From a virus, in the IMG/VR virus record IMGVR_UViG_3300029197_000003: DNA of 64,000 nucleotides. One strand, given 5' to 3'. This document shows, in pieces, positions 28,601-33,515 of the stretch. The position numbers were made by a program, and so were the translations under genes. Every line of letters starts with the position of its first letter. The first letter of the stretch is position 1. The notes below the pieces were generated by a model. It saw nothing but the letters and a program-made list of their open reading frames with translations. It searched no databases and had not been told where the DNA came from.

Positions 28601-31600
28601 TCATTCCAAGATGCTTCATAAAATCGGGGGCCTTCGCGAAGTCAAAAAAATTTCTATTGAAAATCTTTGAAGCATAATCCTTTCCTTTTTTGTAGATTGT
28701 ATTAAGGACATTTTCTATTGTGGAGTTTAATTCGGATTCTGCTTCTTCGCTGGCACGCTTCGCTTCTTCTTCAGCCTTTCGTTTCGCCTCCGCTTCAGCT
28801 TTCTCTTTAGCTATCCGTTCCTCCACCACCTTTGCTCTCTGCTGGGCAGGAACTTCTGCTATAGCCTTCCACTTGTCAAGTTCTTCCTGCGCTTTGGCAA
28901 TAGCCTGTGTGCGTACTTTAGCGGCCTTTACCTTTTCTGCAACAGAAACGCCAGAAGGCAATTTTATCTTTTTGGCTTTCTCCAATGCCTTCTCCTTGTC
29001 TTCCACCATAGACTTAGCAATCTCTTCTGCTTCTATCACGTTTCCCGCTTCCTCAGTCAGACCAGTAAAAGCAGTTTCGGCATCTGTCTGCTCATAGATA
29101 GGATTTCCGTTTTCGTCCTTTGGAATGCGCTCCAAGGCCGTAGGCTTATGCTCCTGCTCTGCTTGGGCAATAGCAGGTTTTCCTGCGTCTTCCTGCCCTG
29201 CCTGCGTAGGTGTAGCATCCACCTGTGGCGCGACTTCCGTGTCGCCCACCGCCTCTGTTTCATTCCAAAGCACATTGCCGTTTGCATCAGCAATCTCAGA
29301 AACACCGCTATCGAAGTCCGCAAGAGGGATGCGGTCTACCATTTTCCCATTATATGGCGCGTCAAACTCAATCTCCACGCCGTCTGCTGACAGATTGGTG
29401 ACACGTCCACTGACGGCATTTCCGCTGCCGTCTTTCATCTTGACATGGTAATCGTATTTGACTTCTGGCTTCGTTGGCTTCTCAGTAGCATCCGTAGCTG
29501 ACTGAGGTGTGACACCCTCTGCCGCTCCCTGTGCGTCTTCTTCCGATACGCCCTCTTGCTCCTTGTTGGCCAAGTTGTACTCCTCATTCATCGGCCCTTC
29601 TGCCGCATGGTATTCTTCGTCTGTCTCATCCAAATACGGCTCAATAGCCTCAAACTTACGTCCGCGGCCGCGTTGCTCTCGGAATACATCAATAGGGATA
29701 AGATAGTCATTGTTGTTTTGGTCAACGACTAAGACGCTTGCAGGATTCCCTTGTTCGTCATTGAAAACACATTTAATACCAACTTGCCGTCTATGTCCCT
29801 CTTCGTCCATCAGAATACCGCCTTGACCTGCCAGCGGAGTGTCCATGTTTAGATTGATAAGTCTCTGCTGTTCCTTATTTTCAGCATCAATCTTATCGTA
29901 CTTCCGTTGACGCTCGGTCATAGCATCGGATTCTTCAACAATACCTTCCACTTCGGATGCAGGAATCATTTCAATAACACCATTACCTTCACTGACAACA
30001 ACCGTTTCACCTGTAATGCTTCCGTTTTCGTATCTTCCACGAATAAGGAACACTGGCTTCTCCCTTCCTTTCACGTTCACCAGAATAACCTTTCCAGAGC
30101 CTCCTTCGCTGTCTGCTTCGTTCTCGAAGGTTATCTGTCTGATTACGCTGTCTGCGTGCTGTCTGCGTATGCTTTCGTCAGAGGTGATGCCATCCATCGC
30201 GCCCTTCTGCTGCTCACGGGCATTCAGGTAGGCCGACAGTGCAGCGTTTGCGGCCTTCTCGTCAAGCCCATTTTCCTTTGCAACTTCCACACCTTTTTTC
30301 AACTGCTCGGCAGGGGTCTCGCCAAGCGTATCGAGGTATGCGTCTATATCATCAGTAACGCCAAGTGCTGACATAGCCATTTCTCGCGTGTCAGCAAATG
30401 CCTGCTGAGCCTGCGCATATTCCTGCGGTGTCTGCATGTTGCGACCTTCTGCGTAAGCATGAATGGTCATGGCGTTCATTTCGTTCAACTCCTCGCCCGT
30501 GAGTGAGAAGGAATACTTTTCGCTAACAGCATTATTAAATACGGCTTGTGCCTTCTGTGCTCTCACGTAATTAAGGAACGCCTTCTTTTGTTCGTCTGAG
30601 AGAGATTTATTCTGGCATACGCCTGCATATATAGCGTTCACCAATGGCTCACCCTCCAGTCTGAGGATTGTGTTTTGAATCTTGTCCCAGTTCTCGTTGC
30701 CAAATAAACGTCTTGCGTTGGCTTCTGCTTTATCATAAGCGCTATTGACAGAGCGGAGCGTTCTGTAATATTTGACAGAACTTGCAGTGGAGGAGAAACC
30801 AAGCATAAAGATTGAGGAGGCCCAGACACTCAATGCCGTGTCAAGATTTTGTCTGCTATCAAAGATGTCTGCAAAGGTATAATTTTCATCGAAGGTAGCC
30901 GTCATCGGATTGGCGATATATTCTTCCAATACCTCATTTACAAATCCATCATAGCCACCTTTTTCAAATGTGCCATACACCTTTGACATAGCCTTGGCAA
31001 AAGCGCCGTTTTGTATCATGTGGATTGTTTTGTTATACGGCAAGGCTTCGCCAAAACTGCGGAGGCTAATCTTCCCGATGCCAAAAGCCTTGGCCACAGG
31101 CTCCAATACGTAAGTACCAACACGCTCTGAGACGTTTTGTACGAGCGTGTTTAATCCTGAGTGTAACAAGGAGTGCCCCCAGCTCTTTTCTTGCTGTGTG
31201 CCCGTTACGACAATACGTTGATTTTCATCAAACGTGTAATTCATCAAGCCCATCTTCTCAATTGCAGCATCAGAGATGATGCGCGGCATCTGAAATGAGC
31301 TATCAATCACACCAGCGGCATTGATAGCTGCCAGTCGCGTTGTTGCTCGGATGGTGGTATCAAAGAGCCAGTTCGTGCCGTATTTCGCGGCCATTCTGCT
31401 TCCACCCCTGATAATACCTCTTGCGGCAACATTTCCTGCGCCATAGGTCGCTATCGCACCAATGGTGAAGGGGAACGAATATCCAGCACCGAATGCTGGG
31501 CCATAAAGACGGCCTTCCCCGTGTCTATGAAATGCCGACATTGACTCTTGACTGAGCGAACGTGCAAGCCCTAAGCGGTCTTTGGCTTCCTGACCCATTT

Positions 31601-33515
31601 TCCCTTCGTGCGCTTTCACTGCAACAAGGTTTTCACGCAAATTATAAAGACCGAAAGTCCAGTTATCCAAATCGGAGATACCTTCAAGAAAACCACCCCA
31701 GGCTCCTACTTTATCTCCTGTGCGTAAGGCTTCTAACGCCTGTGTATATTTCTTAATGGATTCTTCTAATTTTCTTATATTTCCCCTTGCGAGCGCAACT
31801 TCATCGCTACGTTTTACGCCTTCTTCAGTAGAAGATTCTAAGAGGTCTTTGTAAAAGCTTGGATTAAACATTTCTGGAATATAAGACCCCTTGACTGCAT
31901 CATGGTCTCCAAATTGCTTAAGCCGCTCCTGCTCTTTCTTTAGCGCTTCTCTGGCCTGCGCAATCTGCTGTTGCAAATACGTCTCCTTGTATGGAAGTTT
32001 TTTGGAGATTTCGTTATCCAACTCCACCTTGGCTTTTGCTATGGCATCCTCTTCGCTTTCTCCATTCTTAACGACAACAGGCACTATTTGCAATCTGTCA
32101 TCAGGGTTTAACAACACCCCCTCTTCGTTGAATTTTCCTCCTAAACCTATTTTAATAAGTTCCTGCGCATCATCCCATCTGCGCTGCTCAATCATGTACG
32201 GAAAATAGATAATATGGCAGACTTCCCCGTTTTGAAGGAAGTTGCCGACCACTCTGTTTTTCTCGTAGGGGTCTGTATAATCCTTTCCTTCTTCGCCGAA
32301 GGTCATCTTTTCGTATTGCCGTCTGAATAGCTCGCGCTGCGCTTCTACTCCTCCCCTTAAAATGCTTGGGTCTGGCGCTTGAAGCGGTCTGATACGGCCG
32401 TCTTGAAATAATACAAAAATCGTCTTATTCGTGCCATTATTATAAATGTCGCTTGCCATTAAGGCTGTATAATTGGCATGGTACATTCCGTTCAACGACA
32501 CATCGTCGGGGTATGCACCATCGGAGCGTTTCAGTCTTCTCTTTTGGTCTTCCTGCTCTAATTCAGCGGTTATCTTGTTTAATTTATTCTTATCGTAATT
32601 TAATGCTTCATTCCATCTTAATTCAGAAATCCATGCAGGTCTCTCCTTGCCTAATGCTTGAAGATTCCTCGCTTGAAGATAGACCGCATTAGGAGACATG
32701 CTCGCTGTCTCCTGTGTATAAATACTACCAAGCCCTCTAAGAGCCTTCCACTTTTCATACCTCTCCTGAATATCGCCGCCAAGCGATGCAAAAGTGTATT
32801 CCTTTGCACCGCCGCATACTTGATTCTCAAAAGTAAGTGCCGCCTCAAATACTGAATCCAAGTCTGCATCCTTTGGCAATGAGCGTATAGGGATATATCG
32901 TGCTGTCTGATTCAAGCGTACATAAGAATCCTCTTTTGGCTTCTGATAAGCCTTCTTCTTTAGGTCTTTTGCTGCCTGATTTGCGAGTTCTTCAAGGGAT
33001 TTTGAGTAAGCGTTGTTCGATATTTCTTCTGCGGCCTGTAGATAATAGTCCGTTCCTGCATTCCTCATGCGACTTACATTCGGATTGAAATCTTGAAGAG
33101 TGTCGATAGGGCGTTGATTTTCACTGACTGCCTCAGCGCTCACCTCTGGCTTTTCTTCTTTCTTAGCTTCTGGCTTTTTTGTTGGCGTGACTTCCACGGG
33201 CTTCATATCCTTGGATATAGAATCCGCGCCCATAGGCGTTTGTTGTGTCTGCGGGTCTATGGCGTGAAGACCTATCTTTGAAGCAAAATCTTCGTAGGTA
33301 TCGCCAATATAATCTACACCTCCCTTCTTCATAAAGTCGTACACTTCTTTACGATATGTGTAACCCTTTATACCTGGGGCGTAAAAATCATTATAGAAAG
33401 TATCGTAGTCCTTGTCATAGGCATTATTTAACTTCAACGTATTATATAATGCCGTGGAATATTTATCACTGCTGATAGGTCTTTTATCTTCCGTATTCTC
33501 CATATTTATCATCAC
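13677..33515 (-). CDS. giant polyvalent multidomain protein (6,612 aa): PPase-like, N6-adenine MTase, SNF2 helicase, two HExxxH modules, two small His-rich nuclease-like modules, membrane-spanning C-terminal region
   Basis: A single stop-free frame of 19.8 kb. The track start at 33515 is GTG. ATG at 33512 forms a TGATG junction with the upstream gene. Domain motifs are listed as separate features. Confidence 0.9.
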   Translation of the reverse strand: MMINMENTEDKRPISSDKYSTALYNTLKLNNAYDKDYDTFYNDFYAPGIKGYTYRKEVYDFMKKGGVDYIGDTYEDFASKIGLHAIDPQTQQTPMGADSISKDMKPVEVTPTKKPEAKKEEKPEVSAEAVSENQRPIDTLQDFNPNVSRMRNAGTDYYLQAAEEISNNAYSKSLEELANQAAKDLKKKAYQKPKEDSYVRLNQTARYIPIRSLPKDADLDSVFEAALTFENQVCGGAKEYTFASLGGDIQERYEKWKALRGLGSIYTQETASMSPNAVYLQARNLQALGKERPAWISELRWNEALNYDKNKLNKITAELEQEDQKRRLKRSDGAYPDDVSLNGMYHANYTALMASDIYNNGTNKTIFVLFQDGRIRPLQAPDPSILRGGVEAQRELFRRQYEKMTFGEEGKDYTDPYEKNRVVGNFLQNGEVCHIIYFPYMIEQRRWDDAQELIKIGLGGKFNEEGVLLNPDDRLQIVPVVVKNGESEEDAIAKAKVELDNEISKKLPYKETYLQQQIAQAREALKKEQERLKQFGDHDAVKGSYIPEMFNPSFYKDLLESSTEEGVKRSDEVALARGNIRKLEESIKKYTQALEALRTGDKVGAWGGFLEGISDLDNWTFGLYNLRENLVAVKAHEGKMGQEAKDRLGLARSLSQESMSAFHRHGEGRLYGPAFGAGYSFPFTIGAIATYGAGNVAARGIIRGGSRMAAKYGTNWLFDTTIRATTRLAAINAAGVIDSSFQMPRIISDAAIEKMGLMNYTFDENQRIVVTGTQQEKSWGHSLLHSGLNTLVQNVSERVGTYVLEPVAKAFGIGKISLRSFGEALPYNKTIHMIQNGAFAKAMSKVYGTFEKGGYDGFVNEVLEEYIANPMTATFDENYTFADIFDSRQNLDTALSVWASSIFMLGFSSTASSVKYYRTLRSVNSAYDKAEANARRLFGNENWDKIQNTILRLEGEPLVNAIYAGVCQNKSLSDEQKKAFLNYVRAQKAQAVFNNAVSEKYSFSLTGEELNEMNAMTIHAYAEGRNMQTPQEYAQAQQAFADTREMAMSALGVTDDIDAYLDTLGETPAEQLKKGVEVAKENGLDEKAANAALSAYLNAREQQKGAMDGITSDESIRRQHADSVIRQITFENEADSEGGSGKVILVNVKGREKPVFLIRGRYENGSITGETVVVSEGNGVIEMIPASEVEGIVEESDAMTERQRKYDKIDAENKEQQRLINLNMDTPLAGQGGILMDEEGHRRQVGIKCVFNDEQGNPASVLVVDQNNNDYLIPIDVFREQRGRGRKFEAIEPYLDETDEEYHAAEGPMNEEYNLANKEQEGVSEEDAQGAAEGVTPQSATDATEKPTKPEVKYDYHVKMKDGSGNAVSGRVTNLSADGVEIEFDAPYNGKMVDRIPLADFDSGVSEIADANGNVLWNETEAVGDTEVAPQVDATPTQAGQEDAGKPAIAQAEQEHKPTALERIPKDENGNPIYEQTDAETAFTGLTEEAGNVIEAEEIAKSMVEDKEKALEKAKKIKLPSGVSVAEKVKAAKVRTQAIAKAQEELDKWKAIAEVPAQQRAKVVEERIAKEKAEAEAKRKAEEEAKRASEEAESELNSTIENVLNTIYKKGKDYASKIFNRNFFDFAKAPDFMKHLGMTGSKFTIRYGVIARHFGKDGSHDFTKSEWEQIPHAIEHPFAITQLKNKEKGFRIYTALKTEKGDYVVVGADVKNAGRDIEVNAITTLFGRRSNANLSENEEIIYKSKEITPEQEALLGRPNSDQYPAERELSTDKVTESSPSTQENRPKNSTQSAVKSASAEVETSPTEAQKKAGNYKMGHVKVGAFDVTIENPKGSERSGTDANGKKWSVKMNNTYGYIRGTEGVDGDHIDVFLAEDMDKWDGKYVFVVDQYNPDGTFDEHKVMLGFNSMEEARNAYLSNYEKGWENGRRIDVTAVNLEDFEKWIESSKRKTKPFAEYAGVKKETIGNAPAKEEATPTKAETKQTKTSESKGYTITPSTYTNKKGKTSDVSLLTFDHNLTADQERAVKEFAKERIGEGRFAPARGWKDRESGGWMFRSEEDARKAAEMVGNEEAVADNQPMTAQELRDAVEPKKPTASKKTAAKKPANRVEVADVAEQKPSEPTKAEQPKLNGEKKLVITDEMKHDEDILRELLGIGDEELDGGIKFRDPDAMTSQQRRFVYNAGVNYSLGYIDQGFVKFPEFAKAMVSRLGYKIKPWLKSFYEGAKRIPGYDQAMFTPTEEVDAFDVENFDKPHKDVFAQANMIVEEGKAQVAAEKANNELKATRNEQRKETEKQTAANTDAIGSKATSVASEVENLAETSSDRQELGGASERVDETLDKVNEQLALLGYYEAEQVEKDYNEAYGYMRNAEKKAVKDAANLASQLIDDLGLDRFEATHGEADKKGKRKTKPLAVANIAPLGGDVSMHLPLEEGRELYVNIQLVPSAGRGVAKFEGDNLKVTRIMFRVDNPNGNGRYDRRYGINVWVNKDVTYSELLDKVKREVYKYLPERTEVSDGKFAAGDKVQYSTDGGRTWTDAVVAHPNDEGGYLIDTGLAPVLWVNAHPDQLRHKPESNTISDTELIKRITEHPLFKELVDNNPDAQAARTLLGERIMTDVRLSLRKDGYVETYKKLLNDKGFSEKIADKAFAKRHIVSKNDEGGYFYEDGINEDAVAALPEGIHINDDVTRRSENGGVQHTASEKPVGKPKSAAQKTTKKVKPEQPVGDLFAGPLDKPNNNGTADSNSSSPSQTVAGGERPNTVGIDETGTDGGKRTTAVTGTDGERSTDASRENGREAADGAVHGTDEVGGIQPPVGNRGRDESAANRTVSNGATDERGRVAGPRTVQTGETDGGGKELSSGEPASSTGEGSRPSAVKKQRTPVRKFTNNFHYGTDGNEADNYTPAQRLEGNVSAIEVIAKLFKEGRKATDEEKQILSRFRGWGQIDQLSKFYSVDQMRRNTYGNSPYHRLADAIDTLDPDGKKGVFAGIKRAALSSYYTPTKIASAMNSFLSLAGFKGGTFLDPSMGNGIFEGTLPKDIQGRTMITGVELDWLSGQISRALYPDADVRICGFEKSGLTPNSQDVVTSNVPFGDIEVNDPTWKNDNSPIKRSAQKRIHNYYAVKMLELTRPGGIVAMMTSPAVMDTQSNQHIRRYIAEQGEFLGAVRLPDNTFQGTGAMADIIYIRKWKDEEDAQKTRENPDYVAREQAFLSSAETTAPNKRNGEKQKVSHNAYYASNRKNMIGDVVAGNQYNDKSFGLHSELTTDQIAKEVEKAVKRIVGDRKGMLFDTTRTSREVKQAVREEYKGDGNWVSTGNLVIQDGKVGVLTATKNEYGEVTRVFEEQPQLAKQKMRIIAMGEVRTAMKELIAGQIDGLSDTKLNMLRAKLKRAYGEFVSKYGKLQDTDNAVILSDIDGYTLQALEVWKGGKFQGLSDIFTKNTIKPALKLEDAKTPQEAITTSLAEYGEIRGEYIEKTLGADWFEQCGDLVFKEPNATDRYVTRDEYLSGDVVAKLEEAKTAAATDPTFERNVKELEQVQPATIPFDDITIHLGARWIPQEVLNDFVKETLGLHASSSRNYEWVDGERREIIKSGVVYVPETDSFEINIEEKELGGQADDWKTADKSIKEIFQVALEDKDFRIVRKDKDGNTWIDQEATELANSKVADLREHFEQWLPGNDARIQIMERAYNDRFNRIVLRKWDGSHLNVPGLMGKELRPHQKDAVWMLINNRGGIVDHIVGAGKTLVMQSAIMEMRRMGIAKKPMIVALKSTVPQIAREFKEAYPTARVLAPSEKDFSTENRKKFFANISLNDYDCIIVSHEQYCKIPHSEEAEGDVVNEQLAQLDAMIEYLYGTGDKSQLTKRQIKSLEKRRQNLHAKLEKRLDRSTDREFCFENMGIDYLFVDECHQFKSLPYVTSYQNVAGLGEASGSNKAVALLTGIRHLQKMHQGDKGTVFLSGTTITNSLVEIYNLLNYLRPRKLEQLGMPTFDAWASTFAVHSSELEAGVSNEFKMKDRFRYFDNVPELSQLYAEIADVRNDYNLQLPKPKVDGKTVIVPQSDAVAEINREVVKMLRTKDGSYFGIHPINPKKFPWGLVASGISAKAAVSPRLVFPDMDDSVGKISYCCDNIKKSYDEMKEQKGVQLVFCELGVPTKGNKYDAYHDIINRLTKDYGIPRDEIAYIQQVKNDTEKEALFQKVRDGKVRILIGGTRNMGTGVNVQTRITDLHMLTVPWQPADLEQCIGRGSRQGNVVAHDFLNNKVRVHYYATEGSLDLYKYQLLDAKGKMFTQFKMGTISGERSFDEGDADENGNIDPAQMVALLSGNPIIFEKSKQDKLVKKLKSLYNGFLRDQQRKRQNYETVTKKVENLKRLISLSDSDVHDLQREGFKPDDKGTYPSKVKVTVEDSYYGQNFDKPKEAGQYILEQLKNNKKVVLAGFGQRADIVFVTDDDLLSSHYEVQIGGNNAWSIRYTKRMPQDPTQAGLVFRSLLEQIIHNNEVYHREYDTNSEMLKTMPKGDAPFSKQKELDEAIAKQKELDAEYNKLGQSEEDKTKFRLLDADDPKAMELEALPDSELVPVYRNVQAFEDDTLGSPMAFSDAETGERRTLEGGKWNYSNPPQIKLTDEQQRKLDELNKNGYIMVDGKKSTELQINDGLKFVKPKTKEAQLQYFLKKNPKDKGLWAAYDPYDHAIETPLNTQFGEANKRPNLVVVRSLIPKSEIDEPFHADYALLPTGAHQWNNGRTLYLSRWSKIDKVLTREEEAKMIDEYWKKHPGKREALKSHRDYNRFVPQVRRELEKMGYRFELDGKELTPVESLALDKQNWEGRDVIPGREGQLPFISNEDIARINAKTAGKWVGEPKEVMESAMSERVTELSERLHTPVRIIRTEAEVAALPSVRQRRMKGSFNPITGEVTIVVSNNANMADIENTFVHEVVGHDGLRVLFPDEAKLNNALDELYRVSKDEIRGTIDRMAQKMYDAEVDRLRERKRKEHEAKGEDTNTLYHTDIEKARSEASKKSEQFRRDATEEYAADLAGRIGESGFETMSAEELTFWGKLTTILQKALQKLLDGLKIPGKRKWSDKDWAFILHEAYKRKKNGGKPTVFDAADTVVMRRKTGFGDTKFSDGKVEENHQVATTIADMKKRVTELFQKAKTGEFVGKPASIGRLSADGKAYLEKLSDLKFKEFVDFVLNPSDLNHIRSDHYGENEKDKGNNVPLTDEDIQNMVDVLNQPDGILYGVDKKDGRKLFFFLKDAGNGLYNLTEVCSTKKGNLTAKSFFKSKKKGISQRVMEIKDSLLPTSVTYSGEFLSSDAKIPTLFDINESSSKNVADGGIMFRNDDIGLEETITKIKVEAAQAAQKATENLNLGGRVVVHESAEGLEGREATAKGWYDTRTGQIHVVLSNNTDAADVTQTILHEAVAHHGLRELFGHNVMDAFLDSVLAAASQEVKDAINELRRGKGWNFRTATEEYLAGLAERTDFERMTAEERGLFATLRRLFNRALEFLGLKNRELSDRELAYILWCSYQNLKTGEKGRYVAEAERIAMRYKLKAGKNAMTDTEKKEHSVLLRGELDNLQEILAKDTYERLVTRGSHLERTAWVDMLSPLQDLQHAIEKNGGFKLGDFENPYNAYITMSSRNYAQMDIYKRTLYADMIEAIHALGSETGRSYEEIKTYVMAKHGMERQKYMAGKAAEEAYDRYKSMHPFGQKTLDYFIDEYEEKSFAGLTELFGTQSVSEAMDEAQKYVEEVEAEAGSLTDSMWDSIRAATKSSLQRAYEAGLISKETYDNVSSMYQYYIPLRGFDEATSDEVYEYFGDQTINGGTGSFMKKAKGRKSVADDPFAVIGNMAEMAIMQSNRNLMKQQLLNLALNHPSDLISVSDLYVKFDEDYDNGDGTRGAWVPVAVPDTSGMTTEEANQVMLDFQDDMEEKVKDEPDTYALAHQKPHIPYRVLGRNMNEHQVMVKRGGKTYILTINGNPRAAQAINGLLNPDATENPGAIALKAMTNWIARMATARNVEFAISNAMRDLEFSTTLIPKEGTEYYGRYVKNYLTCVKNIGRLVNRLNGNTLDMSNPLEKAFYDFIYNGGETGYTFMKGVERYKGEITKALSELRAKEGKSKIERLSNKVVYGHHYVINDAWNIYMKGAEYLSRCTEDWVRFAVFLTSRQMGRSMEQSIMDAKEVTINFNRKGAGSKSAGKWDVSNFFSMNNLHFLSAYAASVFKNFYAFSNASIQGLDKNVRLHLNHTAGMLMWDGAAVTLGMLSAMCIPLMLSAIGGDPDDYWDMPESMRRMGIMLPLGKDGRFLTLPMSIEHRAAYGIGELLGTVVCGSENLPASEITFQAFEQLSQILPLDLTEGNGSMLSLVPTAVRPEVEIAFNKNWLGMPIYKEPFNKNTPAFRNVYQSTNPNYIAMSKWLNEVQGGGDYERAGVQVNPAMVQHLVESYTGGAGKFVSRTSGVIAKIIQGEQIRSNEIPFYRTLVKSVDDRTHNRAARERFQREYDKGQKLIYKIDNYQKESARGNSQYVKELDEFAKSKDFMSYMLWKSYNSVKSQFDNARSYIGDDKDKRAALDHAQMLVQKIMTECARAVEDSKTQEEADEKIGRIQSEYTPQIKETLSKVEE
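14712..14807 (-). other. predicted transmembrane hairpin in the C-terminal region (aa ~6237-6268)
   Basis: AGMLMWDGAAVTLGMLSAMCIPLMLSAIGG is followed by the acidic DPDDYWD. Confidence 0.45.
16926..17423 (-). other. domain: HExxxH module copy 2 (aa ~5365-5530)
   Basis: Sequence is GQIHVVLSNNTDAADVTQTILHEAVAHHGLRELF...ATEEYLAGLAERTDFERMTAEERGLF. HEAVAH lies at 17271-17288. It is collinear with copy 1. Confidence 0.5.
17645..17975 (-). other. domain: small His-rich module 2 (aa ~5180-5290), paralog of module 1
   Basis: Sequence is LNPSDLNHIRSDHYGENEKDKGNNVPLTDEDIQNMVDVLNQPDGILYGVDKKDGRKLFFFLKDAGNGLYNLTEVCSTKKGNLTAKSFF. Confidence 0.35.
18336..18878 (-). other. domain: HExxxH module copy 1 (aa ~4880-5060)
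   Basis: Sequence is GEVTIVVSNNANMADIENTFVHEVVGHDGLRVLF...ATEEYAADLAGRIGESGFETMSAEELTFW. HEVVGH lies at 18723-18740. Confidence 0.5.
20616..22418 (-). other. domain: SNF2-family helicase/translocase (aa ~3700-4300)
   Basis: Motifs are LRPHQKDAV, GAGKT (22296-22310), LFVDECHQFK (DECH at 21807-21818), FLSGTTITNSLVEIYNLLNYLRP, GGTRNMGTGVNVQ and QCIGRGSRQG (20784-20813). Confidence 0.8.
23916..24866 (-). other. domain: N6-adenine DNA methyltransferase (gamma-type order, aa ~2884-3200)
   Basis: SSYYTPTKIASAM is the YTP motif. FLDPSMGNGIF is the SAM-binding motif I (24429-24461). TSNVPFGD is catalytic motif IV of (N/D)PP(F/Y) type (NVPF at 24249-24260). Confidence 0.8.
27696..28088 (-). other. 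domain: family-I inorganic pyrophosphatase-like fold (aa ~1814-1940)
   Basis: VTIENPKGSE compares with the PPase EIPKGSxNKYE. NTYGYIRGTEGVDGDHIDVF compares with the E. coli NYGYINHTLSLDGDPVDVL. FDEHKVM compares with EDAKLV. Confidence 0.55.
28325..28715 (-). other. domain: small His-rich module 1 (aa ~1600-1730), barnase/EndoU/RelE-like nuclease candidate
   Basis: Sequence is FTIRYGVIARHFGKDGSHDFTKSEWEQIPHAIEHPFAI...FRIYTALKTEKGDYVVVGADVKNAGRDIEVNAITTLF. Conserved His residues are followed by a beta-rich core. It is paralogous to module 2. Confidence 0.35.

Noticed and set aside
3683-33515. Genome-wide TGA-to-Trp (code 4) or other stop-codon reassignment, prompted by the SSB in-frame TGA and the odd tRNA-like genes.
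   Set aside because: All other genes, including a 6,612-codon ORF, are intact under the standard code. TGA is used as the terminal stop of ssb, erf, the 4144-4425 gene and the giant ORF, with terminators or next-gene starts immediately after. None of the tRNA-like elements shows a UCA anticodon loop.
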